DNA of 64,000 nucleotides from Patescibacteria group bacterium (GTDB lineage: Bacteria > Patescibacteriota > WWE3 > 2-01-FULL-39-13). Under the pieces are notes generated by a model, which saw only the letters and a program-made list of their open reading frames with translations, was not told where the DNA came from and made no database searches. The stretch spans positions 4,513 through 68,512 of the forward strand of contig JASNYX010000002.1 in assembly GCA_048499955.1 (NCBI GenBank). Reading direction: 5' to 3'. Both the position numbers and the translations under genes were made by a program. Shown one piece after another: positions 50,016 through 60,700 of this stretch; the first letter of the stretch is position 1; every line of letters starts with the position of its first letter.

Positions 50016-51766
50016 TTACGCTTATCAGTTTTGTCTACAGAAATACTTGTTTCTGACTTCATCTTTGCTTCTTCCTCTGCACTTTGTTTGATTGTCTCTT
50101 CAATCTGTTTATCTTCGCTTTTAGCTGAAAGGTGTGTTCCTAAACTCTTCACCGCATTTATCCAGAATTTTGGCGAAGTCCAATTAACTTTAGTTTGATC
50201 CTTATCGAAATCGAGTAAATGACCTACAAGCTTCCAAGCTGAATATACTAAGAATTTGATATCATCAAGATTTCTAATGGAAAGAACTTTCCGCATAATA
50301 TATTGCGGCGTGAAAAATGATGAGTACAACTCTTGTGTTAGTGCATAAAGCTTTTCATGTTCAAAAGGAATCTTCATGACCGGACCTCTCATGTCAAAAG
50401 CTTCGTAATCAGTAGGGTCAACCAGTAACCAATCATTCTCTATACATTCTTTATATAAAGGTGTTCCCGGATAAGGAATAACAATCGTAGCCTGCATGGT
50501 GTCAACGTATCCGTTCTTGAATAATCTTTTTGCCAAAGCAATAGTGTTCTTAGCATCTTCATATGTTTCCCAAGGATACCCTAACATGACTGTCAAATGA
50601 GGTTCAAGCCCTGCCTTTTTTGCCATTTTCACACCATCTTCGATCTGATGTACTTTAAGGCCTTTATCAAGTTTATCTAAGGTTTTCTGATTTCCGGACT
50701 CCATTCCATATAAAATGAATCTAAAATTGGCCTCTCCCATCAAGTCATAATACTCTTGGGTCAATGCGTTCAAACGCATATTACATCCCATTACAACTTT
50801 TTTGTTATATCCGGACTCAATCAGTAAATTACAAAACTTTTTCAGAGGCGGCCCTACGAATAAAGTTCCGGCATCGTCAAAAATTTCCTTCACTCCGTAG
50901 TTATCAACGACGTGTTTTACTTCTGCAAATAATCTTTCCGGCGAAAACCGGCGGTATGTACCTAACGGATTTATCGTATGATCCCATACACAGAAAGTAC
51001 ATCGATTCCACCAGCAGTCCTTACCTGAATACATATATGTTGCCGGTGAATATTTATAGTTTCCGTTTGCATACGCATAAAGCTCCCACCTAGTGAGATC
51101 TCTGTCAACGAATGGCAATGAATCGAGATTATGTGTTTGCTTAAGCGGGCCTGAAACCCAGAAGGCATCTTTCTCTTTTGTTAATTCGTTGTCTTCAAGT
51201 TTAATGAAATCAGAAAGTTTAACACTTGTATCACTTCGTCTTCCCCAAATACCTCCGGGCAAAACAGTTCCTTTGCTTAAAGAATCTGCAAGATCCGACA
51301 GCAAAAAATCATAATCCCCGCCTGTAATAACATAGTCTACATTGCTATTTATCATTGTTTCTTTTGGAGCAAAGGTTACTTGGTCACCTACAATAACAAC
51401 CTTCATTTTCGGAAATCTTGCTTTTATTTCATTAATAATCATCCAATGTTGCTTTACTACCGGCGACTTAGTTTCAATCATTAAAAGATCAAACTGGCCT
51501 TCTGCAAGCTTTTCGAGCCAAGTCTGATATGACCACTCCTCAGCGATACCATCAAGCCAAGTAACATCATAGCCACGTTCCTGGGCTAGTGAGGCTGCAT
51601 ACGCGGGCACCATAGGGTAGATGTATGTCTTAGCATTGAAATATTGGAATTGGCGATTCTGTGAAAGAAGAGGCACACCTTTGTCGGTCTCAATCGGAGG
51701 ATATCCTACCGCTACCTTATAGTTTTTCATATCTTTAGAACTTTCATTTGAATCCATATACAACAT
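50012..51766 (-). CDS. B12-binding-domain radical SAM protein (HpnJ/BchE-like)
   Basis: PLLSQNRQFQ..YIYP, CWWNRCTFC (CxxxCxxC), EIFDDAGT, GMESGNQ, MLGYPWET, IPYPGTPL. Confidence 0.88.
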   Translation of the reverse strand: MLYMDSNESSKDMKNYKVAVGYPPIETDKGVPLLSQNRQFQYFNAKTYIYPMVPAYAASLAQERGYDVTWLDGIAEEWSYQTWLEKLAEGQFDLLMIETKSPVVKQHWMIINEIKARFPKMKVVIVGDQVTFAPKETMINSNVDYVITGGDYDFLLSDLADSLSKGTVLPGGIWGRRSDTSVKLSDFIKLEDNELTKEKDAFWVSGPLKQTHNLDSLPFVDRDLTRWELYAYANGNYKYSPATYMYSGKDCWWNRCTFCVWDHTINPLGTYRRFSPERLFAEVKHVVDNYGVKEIFDDAGTLFVGPPLKKFCNLLIESGYNKKVVMGCNMRLNALTQEYYDLMGEANFRFILYGMESGNQKTLDKLDKGLKVHQIEDGVKMAKKAGLEPHLTVMLGYPWETYEDAKNTIALAKRLFKNGYVDTMQATIVIPYPGTPLYKECIENDWLLVDPTDYEAFDMRGPVMKIPFEHEKLYALTQELYSSFFTPQYIMRKVLSIRNLDDIKFLVYSAWKLVGHLLDFDKDQTKVNWTSPKFWINAVKSLGTHLSAKSEDKQIEETIKQSAEEEAKMKSETSISVDKTDKRN

Positions 51767-51793
51767 ATAGACTATAATAAATATATATATGAA

Positions 51794-52642
51794 TCAACGC
51801 CCAAAGAAGCTAGTCGAAACAGGCATAAACCCCGGAACATTAAATGAGGCTTCACCAATCTTTAAAATGATTCCTTTAGAAGGCGAAATCGAAGCCATTT
51901 CCAAGGCCTTTTCAAAATCATCGCCAACATCTACTACAGAATAAAATGTGTACTCTAAATGCCAGAAGTACTCTATCTAGTTTTTGATCCAATTAAAAAT
52001 CTACTTCTAATCACTTGTAAAAACATTATTCCGATGTCATCAAACTGATCAATTAAGAGAGAATGATCTTGAGCGACTATGCGTTTAATTCTGCACCATA
52101 ATCTTGTTTCCAATACCCCAGATTTAAATTGCAACCATTCATGATAATAGCTACCGTCAATATGCAATACTTTTCTTCAAGGTTGTTCCTTCTATTTCTT
52201 CACCGATATAATTTTCGAATTTTTTAATTGCTGATTCGGAAAAATCGGTATCGAGTATCTCAGGATTCGGAGATTCCCATTTTGTGGGGAATTGAAAATG
52301 ATCTAACCAAATTCCTTTTATTTTTAACTTCGACAGTTCTTCGATTTCTTGCAAATGGTAATCTCTGACATTTTTATTTATAGGTGAGACAGGGAAATAT
52401 TCTTCTGATACCGTTTCTTTTCCATGGGCATCAACAGCTTTCGCCTCCGGAAATTTTTCTAATAATGCTCGACCTTCGAAACATCGATATGAAATATAGA
52501 TATCCGTATCGGGGAAAGCTTCAGTGACCAACGATAAATCATTGTCTGCAGAATGGCTTAAAATAACGAAACTACACTTTAGCTTTGCTAATTCAAGAAG
52601 CTTTTCTTTAGGGAGTTTATCGAGGTAAATTCCGTTATGCAT
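51794..52642 (-). pseudogene. Disrupted glycoside-hydrolase-like TIM-barrel gene
   Basis: PINKNVRDY..IKGIWLDHFQFP.KWE, then fragments in shifted frames (HIDGSYYHEWLQFK; QDYGA; IKRIVAQD; WIKN*IEYFW..FEKALE..PSKG). Confidence 0.6.
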
Positions 52643-52913
52643 TTTTTGGGGTCTCCGGGGGATAAATTTGATTACCTTCTAAATCTTCGATAATTATAGC
52701 CGTTGTAGGGCACGATTTTGCACCTTCGATAATTTGAACGGCATCATCCCATGTTCCATCCTTAACAAACGCAATACCGTCATCATCAAGATCAAAAGTT
52801 TCAGGAGCTCTAATCACACAAATTCCCGCACTAATACAAAGATGGTTAATAACTTTAATTTTCACTTTTGAACCGGGTTGAGAAGCGAAAGAGTTTTGTC
52901 CGTTTTTATCCAT
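52635..52913 (-). CDS. Ferredoxin, probable [3Fe-4S]
   Basis: CISAGIC...APETFDLDDDG...AKSCPTTAI, a C-x2-A-x2-C...CP pattern. Start at ATG 52913. Confidence 0.85.
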   Translation of the reverse strand: MDKNGQNSFASQPGSKVKIKVINHLCISAGICVIRAPETFDLDDDGIAFVKDGTWDDAVQIIEGAKSCPTTAIIIEDLEGNQIYPPETPKNA

Positions 52914-52950
52914 AGTATCCCGAGTGTAACAAATAGGTTGAAAGTCTGCA

Positions 52951-54018
52951 TCAGCTTTCAGCTCGACCATAGTTGTCTTCTGTTTTCCTCGTAAATAAGA
53001 ATCCTTGTAAAAATTTATATCCATACCATAAATGCGTAAGCATCACACCGGGAAAGCTTAATAATGAAATCTTTAGGTCTCTGCTTTTACTGAGTACCCA
53101 AAACGAATTTACCAAAAGGATTATTAAATATGAAAATAACGCAAAAAGATAAATTCGAGCCAGAAACTCTAACACTACGCTATCGGTTACTAACGCTGCG
53201 ATTAAGATTAGAGGCCCTAAAATATTCCCTAGTAAAAATAATGATGGGATGAAATAAAACCATCTGCGAGAAGTCTCAGGCAAAGCTCGTGCAAAATAAC
53301 CACGATGCAACCCGAATCTTCCATTTTGTATTAAGTGCTTTTTAAATAACGGCCTTTTATGGTGATAAACAAGAATCTCCGGATCATACATAATCTTTTT
53401 CCCGAGGCGTTTAGTTAAGTCTAAACATAATTTGGTGTCCTCCCCCGGATAATAGTCTGAATCGAAACCTTTCACTGCCTTAAAGTCTTCCGCCCTTACA
53501 ATCAAATTCATAGAAGGGAAATCGTCGACCTCTCGTTTATTTTGGGGTAAAAATCGATAGGTGCTCCCAAACCCGCCTACGGGACTCGCGGTCACCCACC
53601 CCGAAGCTTTTTCCATAATATCAGCGTCATCAGGTGTGATGCCGGGGCCTCCAACAGCAGCGATATCTTTGTCGCCAAAATACGGTGCGGCAGCCATTAA
53701 CCAGTTTTCGGATGGATAAGCATCATCATCAATAAAAGCGTAGATCTGGCCTTTTGCATGTTTCATGGCTAAATCTCTTTTTTCAGCAGGCTTATTCTTT
53801 GTTGAAGCATCTGAAATAAATTTTACTTTAGGAAACATTCTACCCATCACCGGTTCAGTAGTGAAAACAAGAATCTCGAAATTCGGGTAATTTAAGTTTC
53901 GATATTTAACTATAGATTCAGCTAAAAATGAATTCCATTTTTCACATATAATTATCACGGAAACAAATGGATATTCATTTTTGTCTGAAAAGTTTTTCGG
54001 GATATGGGGATCTTTCAC
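52951..54018 (-). CDS. Glycosyltransferase family 2 with C-terminal TM helices
   Basis: VSVIII, PAEKRD, AFIDDDAYP, AVGGPG, PGEDTKLC, VYHHKR. GTG start at 54018 supported by a -10 element. Confidence 0.88.
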   Translation of the reverse strand: MKDPHIPKNFSDKNEYPFVSVIIICEKWNSFLAESIVKYRNLNYPNFEILVFTTEPVMGRMFPKVKFISDASTKNKPAEKRDLAMKHAKGQIYAFIDDDAYPSENWLMAAAPYFGDKDIAAVGGPGITPDDADIMEKASGWVTASPVGGFGSTYRFLPQNKREVDDFPSMNLIVRAEDFKAVKGFDSDYYPGEDTKLCLDLTKRLGKKIMYDPEILVYHHKRPLFKKHLIQNGRFGLHRGYFARALPETSRRWFYFIPSLFLLGNILGPLILIAALVTDSVVLEFLARIYLFALFSYLIILLVNSFWVLSKSRDLKISLLSFPGVMLTHLWYGYKFLQGFLFTRKTEDNYGRAES

Positions 54019-54106
54019 AAGGCCAATTTTAACAAAGAATGAACTGATACTAAATGTACCAGTGTTGCAATTAATAAGCGAATAACAATTCTTGTATAAT
54101 TCACTA

Positions 54107-55459
54107 ATGAGCGAAATAAAAAAATTCTGGCTAGCCTTTTTGATTTCATTTACCGCTTTCACATTATCATTTCTTTTTGTCTATATTACAAAGCTTAATC
54201 ACCTAACACTTCAAAGCGAAGACTACCTCGGAACAGCAACATTGCCATTTTCGATACTTAAAGAAGGCAATTTCGAATTAAATGAGTATTACGAAGAGTT
54301 AACATCTGCATATCCTCAACCTGATGACTCAACCTTAACCCCATACTATCTTAAGGAATCAAACGGTAATTACTACTCGATCCGACCTGTACTTACAGCG
54401 TTTTTGGCGACCCCGGTTTATATCTTTCCGGTATTACTCGATATTAATATCGACATTGAAACAATCAGAATAATGAGCAGATTTGGAGGGGCATTCATAA
54501 CTGCTCTTTCGGCAGGATTTTTTTATCTCATAGCAGATAAACTGACTAAAAATCGGAAATTCAAATATCTTCTTTTTATTGTTTACTGCTTCGGCACAAA
54601 TTCACTAAGCACTAGCAGCCAAGGTTTGTGGCAACATGGGTCGAGTCAGCTATTATTATCGCTCGGATTGTATTTGCTTTTGAATCGTAAAGTTTTCGGA
54701 TCGGCTCTGGCATTCGGATTTGCGGTCATTTCACGCCCCACGAATCTACTTACATACCTAATCTTCGGGTTATACATCTTATTTCAAAAAACGGAAAATC
54801 GAGCTGAAAAAATGAAGAATATCGCAGTCTACGCAACCGGAGGAATTATCCCTATCCTCCTAGAGTTGCTGTTTAATCAAATCGTATTCGGAAATCCGGA
54901 TAATCCCGGATATGCCGAGCAAATGTCCGGTTGGAGAGCAAATTGGCTGGAGGGTATTTTTGGAATGTGGATCTCACCAAGCAAAGGCATACTTATAAAC
55001 TCACCTGTTTTGATTTTTATTTTTTATGGGGTCTTCGTAAAATTTAAAGAATTCATGAAAACAAAAGAAATGAATATCTACATCCCTATAATTTTATCTG
55101 CAATTCTATACACAATCGCAATGGGCAAATGGTATAGCTGGTACGGAGGCTACAGCTGGGGATATAGAATGGCAAGTGATGTACTTCCGTTTATGGTTCT
55201 TCTGTTGATTCCTGCCTTAGAGAGTTTCTATAATCAGAACTCTGTTTTCCGTAATTTGATACTTACATTAACAGGTATCAGCATATTTAATCATCTATTC
55301 GGATTAGTATTCTTTGATGGAATCTGGCACACTGTTCACGACGGTAAAAAACCGGGATGGCTCTGGAGTATTAGTGAAAGTGAATATATATTTGATTTCA
55401 AACGAATACTATATAAGCTTGGGATTGGCGACAACCCAATAAAAATACCGACAGACTAA
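54107..55459 (+). CDS. Multi-TM GT-C (PMT-like) glycosyltransferase
   Basis: QSED in the first loop, SQGLWQHG, SRPTN, SPSKGILINSP, WYGGYSWGYRMASD. Confidence 0.72.
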   Translation: MSEIKKFWLAFLISFTAFTLSFLFVYITKLNHLTLQSEDYLGTATLPFSILKEGNFELNEYYEELTSAYPQPDDSTLTPYYLKESNGNYYSIRPVLTAFLATPVYIFPVLLDINIDIETIRIMSRFGGAFITALSAGFFYLIADKLTKNRKFKYLLFIVYCFGTNSLSTSSQGLWQHGSSQLLLSLGLYLLLNRKVFGSALAFGFAVISRPTNLLTYLIFGLYILFQKTENRAEKMKNIAVYATGGIIPILLELLFNQIVFGNPDNPGYAEQMSGWRANWLEGIFGMWISPSKGILINSPVLIFIFYGVFVKFKEFMKTKEMNIYIPIILSAILYTIAMGKWYSWYGGYSWGYRMASDVLPFMVLLLIPALESFYNQNSVFRNLILTLTGISIFNHLFGLVFFDGIWHTVHDGKKPGWLWSISESEYIFDFKRILYKLGIGDNPIKIPTD

Positions 55460-57729
55460 TCCAATCTCTCGAAAATTGTTAATCTATACTCTCCCTGAGT
55501 TATCTCATCAAAACGCATATCCTCTGTTACTTCGGTAGGATGAGTCACATTTGTTTCAATAGACGTCAGTACAAGTAACTTTGTATTCTCATCATAGATT
55601 TTCGTGTCATGAAACCGGGAATCATATATAACAATTTGATCTCTAACAAAATAAAATTTACCGAAATCGTCATCTTCTAATCGATCAGTATAATATGCGA
55701 TTAGTGGTGACCACTCGGGATTTTCAATATAAATAACGGCATTATTTGTCATACTCCTGTTTGCTGCAAGCTCAATCAAAAAACTAAGATCCGAATCATA
55801 TCCCTGGCCGTAGAAATCATTGGCGCGCACAACACCCAACACGGAAACAGCAACGATCATGATCGCCAGTAATCCTTTATTAACACAATCACAGATAATA
55901 ATATTGCGATACTTTCGGATTACCGAATATAGCATATGAAGAGCGATAAACATCAAGAAGATATAGAAACTTGACGGCGAAGTGCTACCTAACGGATGGT
56001 AAATATTTCCGATCGCAAGAGCTAAAACCCCATATAAATATGCACTTAAAATTCCAAAACCGATTCTTCGGAAAAGCCCGATAGCAATAAGTAAACCGGA
56101 GAAATAAAACAGAACAGACAAGGCTCTACCCGTAAAAGAATAATTCCCAAGAACATATCTGAAAACATTCAGAAAATAACGATAAAAATCAGTAACACTA
56201 TTCGATGATTCGGGAAGATAAAACTGCCCAATCTCATAGGCATTTAACGGGAAAATGAAATATACCAACGGAGCCAAAATTGAAACCAGACCCAGAACGC
56301 CTAAAAGTAAAACCTTCCGGTTATTAACAATAAATTCTCTAATTCTCAACTCCCCTTTAATGCGTAGTGACGCATATGCACATGCAAAAACCACATAAAA
56401 CCAAAAGAACTCTGATTTATACGAGTAAAACAATCCACCAACCAAAAATGAAATGATCCCCGCCATTAAACCCAAAGCCATATAGTCAGACCTCGATTTA
56501 TAAACCTGAAATAGCATTACCAGCAAAATTATCCAAAATAATAGAAATACCAGAAACGAAAAAAGCCCTGTCTCAACCCACGTCTCCAACCATAGGTTAT
56601 GAAGTGGTAATTTGAGGTTTAGAGCAGCTCTGTCAATGTAATAGTAAGCATCCGCCCACTTAGAAGTTCTAAAATACTCGCTAAAAGAGTTAACCCCGAT
56701 TCCGTACAAGAAATTTTCGAAACCTATTATTATCCCTACTTTTAACAAAAACAAATGTGAATAAAACGAAACTGCCCTATACAAAAAGGCAGAACGCATG
56801 GACTCCATAAACTGGCTTATAAATAGCAATGGAACCCCGGCAGCTATTAGCCCACTCGTTAAATAAAAACCTGCACTCGAAATAGATTTCCTCAAATTCC
56901 TGCTTCCCACAAAAATCAGATATGTGAATAATGTGCCACCAACTAGAAATCCTAAAAACGCACTTCTAGAACCGGTTAATTTCAAGGCGAATAACAAAAA
57001 AACCGATAGCACCAGAAGCCAAATGATTTGAGGCTTACTCAAGTGGTTCGATTTTTCTTCAACAGAATCAGAGTTGAAAAACCTAAATCCCCGAATAGCC
57101 ATAACTTTGCTTAATATCCAAGCACGTGCCTCGCTCAGCTGTGCATCTCCGTGTAAAAACAGGGTCTTGAGTATAAATCCCATAAGGAGGAAAAATATAG
57201 CTGAAACAAAAGCTCCGAAATGGTTTACATCCCAAAACGTAGCACCGTATCTGGTTGGGTACCCGGGTACCGGCCACACGCCTCCGCTTGCAATACCTAA
57301 GTTTTCCTGTAAATAAATTTGCCTAATCATAAAACCCGCCATGAAAGTAATCGCCAATGCATACATTAGAACAATATTTTTCACTCCGGACTTTGACTTC
57401 TTTAAAAAATCCTTCAGCAATACATATAAAAACAAGACGGAAGCCTGGAATAAAATGAACTTGGTTGAATCAGGAATCGAATTCGAAGCGAACAAACTTA
57501 GTATCTGAAAGCCCACAAGGAGTGAAAGGAGAATAAAAAAGATGTCCTTAGAATAGCTTTTCAAGTTTCGCACGAAAACGTAAAAACCTCCGAAAGCACA
57601 CACCGCTAGTAGAATTTTAGAATACACTAAATCGGGATCAAAAATTGAGTATGCTTCCTTGTGCGTGAAAGGAATCAAAAGCACAAGAGCAAATATAAGT
57701 ACCGATTTAAGATTTAGTGTTTTAATCAT
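55456..57729 (-). CDS. O-antigen-ligase (Wzy_C)-like protein with a degenerate C-terminal membrane domain
   Basis: GGVWPVPGYPTRYGATFWDVNHFG, TGSRSAFLG, GIGVNSF, LHNLWLETWVETG, FYSYKSEFFW. Paralogue of the next gene. Confidence 0.78.
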   Translation of the reverse strand: MIKTLNLKSVLIFALVLLIPFTHKEAYSIFDPDLVYSKILLAVCAFGGFYVFVRNLKSYSKDIFFILLSLLVGFQILSLFASNSIPDSTKFILFQASVLFLYVLLKDFLKKSKSGVKNIVLMYALAITFMAGFMIRQIYLQENLGIASGGVWPVPGYPTRYGATFWDVNHFGAFVSAIFFLLMGFILKTLFLHGDAQLSEARAWILSKVMAIRGFRFFNSDSVEEKSNHLSKPQIIWLLVLSVFLLFALKLTGSRSAFLGFLVGGTLFTYLIFVGSRNLRKSISSAGFYLTSGLIAAGVPLLFISQFMESMRSAFLYRAVSFYSHLFLLKVGIIIGFENFLYGIGVNSFSEYFRTSKWADAYYYIDRAALNLKLPLHNLWLETWVETGLFSFLVFLLFWIILLVMLFQVYKSRSDYMALGLMAGIISFLVGGLFYSYKSEFFWFYVVFACAYASLRIKGELRIREFIVNNRKVLLLGVLGLVSILAPLVYFIFPLNAYEIGQFYLPESSNSVTDFYRYFLNVFRYVLGNYSFTGRALSVLFYFSGLLIAIGLFRRIGFGILSAYLYGVLALAIGNIYHPLGSTSPSSFYIFLMFIALHMLYSVIRKYRNIIICDCVNKGLLAIMIVAVSVLGVVRANDFYGQGYDSDLSFLIELAANRSMTNNAVIYIENPEWSPLIAYYTDRLEDDDFGKFYFVRDQIVIYDSRFHDTKIYDENTKLLVLTSIETNVTHPTEVTEDMRFDEITQGEYRLTIFERLD

Positions 57730-60700
57730 TGTTGTTGTATTAGCATCAATGCGGTTGGGTCTTCCGGTGGATTCCCCCATTCTACTAGCTGATTTGAAAT
57801 AACTATGATCCTGTTTCTCAAACTTGCAAAGCGGCTCTGTTGATATGCCAACCGACGTGCTGGTGGTATTAACTCCAACTTTTTGTATTCAGCCAGTCTT
57901 GTGCCAAGCTCAATTTTGTAGATTTCAACACGCGATCTTGATTTAAATAATACCCAGTCCCCTGCTGAACCTTTAACGTCTAATGATAATGGGAAATCGA
58001 CTTTTGCTTCTTCGCCTTTAACAGAATAATAAATTTTATTTGGAGTTAAGAATGACAGTGCTTCATCAGGCTCGGCATCCTCAATTTTCTTTACTATATC
58101 CGGACCTGAAATCGACGATACGCGATGATCACTATAAAATAGTACAACAGCATGGCCGGCAGTGTTGTAATAAAGCTTCTTATCGGGATGATCTTCAACC
58201 GGATAGATATCATTATGAATCTCGATTAAGGCGGCTTTATCTCGATTGGCATCAGGATAATAAATCTTATCAACATTCCAAGCTAAAGTGAAAACTGATA
58301 ATACGAATATACCAATCAGTGCTACAAACCTAACAACCTTATGGTCAAGTGAAAACTCATTTTTGATAATGTTATTGGCCCAATAAAGAAATCTCTCCGA
58401 AAATCTTCCTGCAATTAAAGCTAGAAACGGATACATAGGCATTATGTACCATTGTAGTTTGTCTCTTGAATATGTGAAAAAACTGAATAAATAGACAATG
58501 ACTAACATTAAAAGCAAATACTCTTTTCTTCGATTTTTATCAATAAATGGAAGGCATACAATACCCGCAAGCAATGGGGCGAGCCATAATCTAAATGAAG
58601 TTTTTATCACAGTTAAATACCATAGAGGCGGCTGTATGTGGCCTAAACCATCTACACCACGCTTTAATACGTGTTCAAAAAAGTAATCATCCAAAAAATC
58701 ACTACCGTGCCTTATATACTGTAATATATGCCAAGGTCCCGCAATAAGTGTCGCTCCAATAATCATCACGAGCCCTAATCCGATACTTTTATAATTTTTA
58801 TTGACAACTGATAAGTAAAGAAGATATGCGATATAGGTTGGTAGTAATAACAATCCGATAATCCCCTTAGTCAAAATCCCAAAGCCTATGCTTAGTCCGA
58901 CCATGAAAGAGTAGTAGATTGAACGCCTCTTTGATATCGATATGTAGTTTTGTATAAGACGGTAGAAAAAATAAAACGATAGAAGTATAAAAAAAGTCAC
59001 AGAAACATCGAGCATACCGTTTCGGGAGTAGTAAACATACTGAATCGTCGACAGAAGCAATAAAGCTGAGAATATACCCGCAAGACGGTTATACATTTTC
59101 GCTCCGGTTCTATAAACTAGGATAACCCCACCAACCCCGGCGACAGCTGACCAAAACCTGGCAGCAAACTCGGCAAAATCACGATATCCTACAAGCTTAA
59201 ACATCAGTGCAGTCAGCCACATATAAAGCGGTGGTTTTTCAAACCAATATTTTGAAAGATTATCCCATCTTAGGGAAAGCCACTCCCCTGTCATTACCAT
59301 ATTTTTTGCTACTTTTGCATAAATAGCTTCATCTACGTCGATTAAAGCCGATGATCCAAGTTTAATGAAAGTGAAAAATACTGCAGGAGGAACAATAATA
59401 AGATACGGAGTTAAAGTTGATTTGCTCCACCATGAAAAGATATCAAGCAACTTTATATGGAAACTATTTGAAACATACACATATCCAATTCCAAGGAAAA
59501 TTGATATCCAAAAGAACTCCATATTGTACGAATAGAATATTCCGGCGGTTAAAACCGAAATTACACTTCCCAGAACTCCAATGCCCAAATACTTCATTTT
59601 ACGTTCATCTGCATTAAATACTGAGTAAATAAGCGAACTCAAAAGCAGCACAATAAATGAGGCGTAAAGCGTAACCCCAACAGCACCACTTTCTGCTAAA
59701 ACTTCTCCCCAAACGCTATGAGACGGAACTCTGGATTCTCTTAGTTTTGGCTCCCGATCAAAGTAGTCAGAAGCGGTTTCGGTTTGCCTGAAAGCATAAT
59801 CGAAAGTTCCATATCCGGAACCGATGAAGAAATTATTGTGAAAGATTTCCGCAGATGCATCAAGTAGCATAAAATGGGTATCGGTAGAATCAAGCCTATA
59901 ATGCATATATCGCGAAATTTTCGACTTAATATCCACACCTTGCACCACTGAGTAGATCAGAATCCCCAAGGATCCAAGCAAAAGTCCGGCCACGGCGAAC
60001 ATTAGCGGTTTCTTGAGTTTAGTCCAATAATATACTGCAAGACTAATTAACATTCCGACAGCGATTCCAATCCAGGCACTTCTTGATTGAGTCATGAAAA
60101 GTAACCAAGAAAGAAATCCCAGAAAACCAACATACATAAACTTTCGCTTGAGGCTTTCTGAAATAAAAATATAGCTAAAAGCTAAGGGGATTAATGTGAT
60201 CAGATATCCTCCATAGTGATTTACGTCCCAAAAGGTGGAACCTAAACGTGGAAGCACATTCGGTACAACCCATACTCCACCTATAGTTTCCCTACAGCAC
60301 ATCCTAAGATAGAACTGTATGACCGCAAATATCCCGGCAAGCAAGCCGATAAACAGATAAACATTGAGAATCGTAAAATAATTTTCTTTATTTTCCTTTA
60401 TAACGACCTTAAAAAGCAGATAGTAGTAAACGGCCAATGAATAAAACGCAAAAAGTGCAGCACTCTGAGAAAACACCTCTGAATTTACTAGAGATACACC
60501 CCTAGTTACTAAAAGCATGGCCAAAAGTACAAAGAACGGGTCTTTTATAAATTGGTCTTTTACTTTATTCCATATGACATGTTTTGGGGTCTTAATCATC
60601 CAAACAACAACGGAAGTAATCGCGTAAACTAATGTTCCAAGTAAGAAAATTCGTATCGGGAGTAAATCCCAAATTACTAAGCTAAAAAGCTCTTTGTGCA

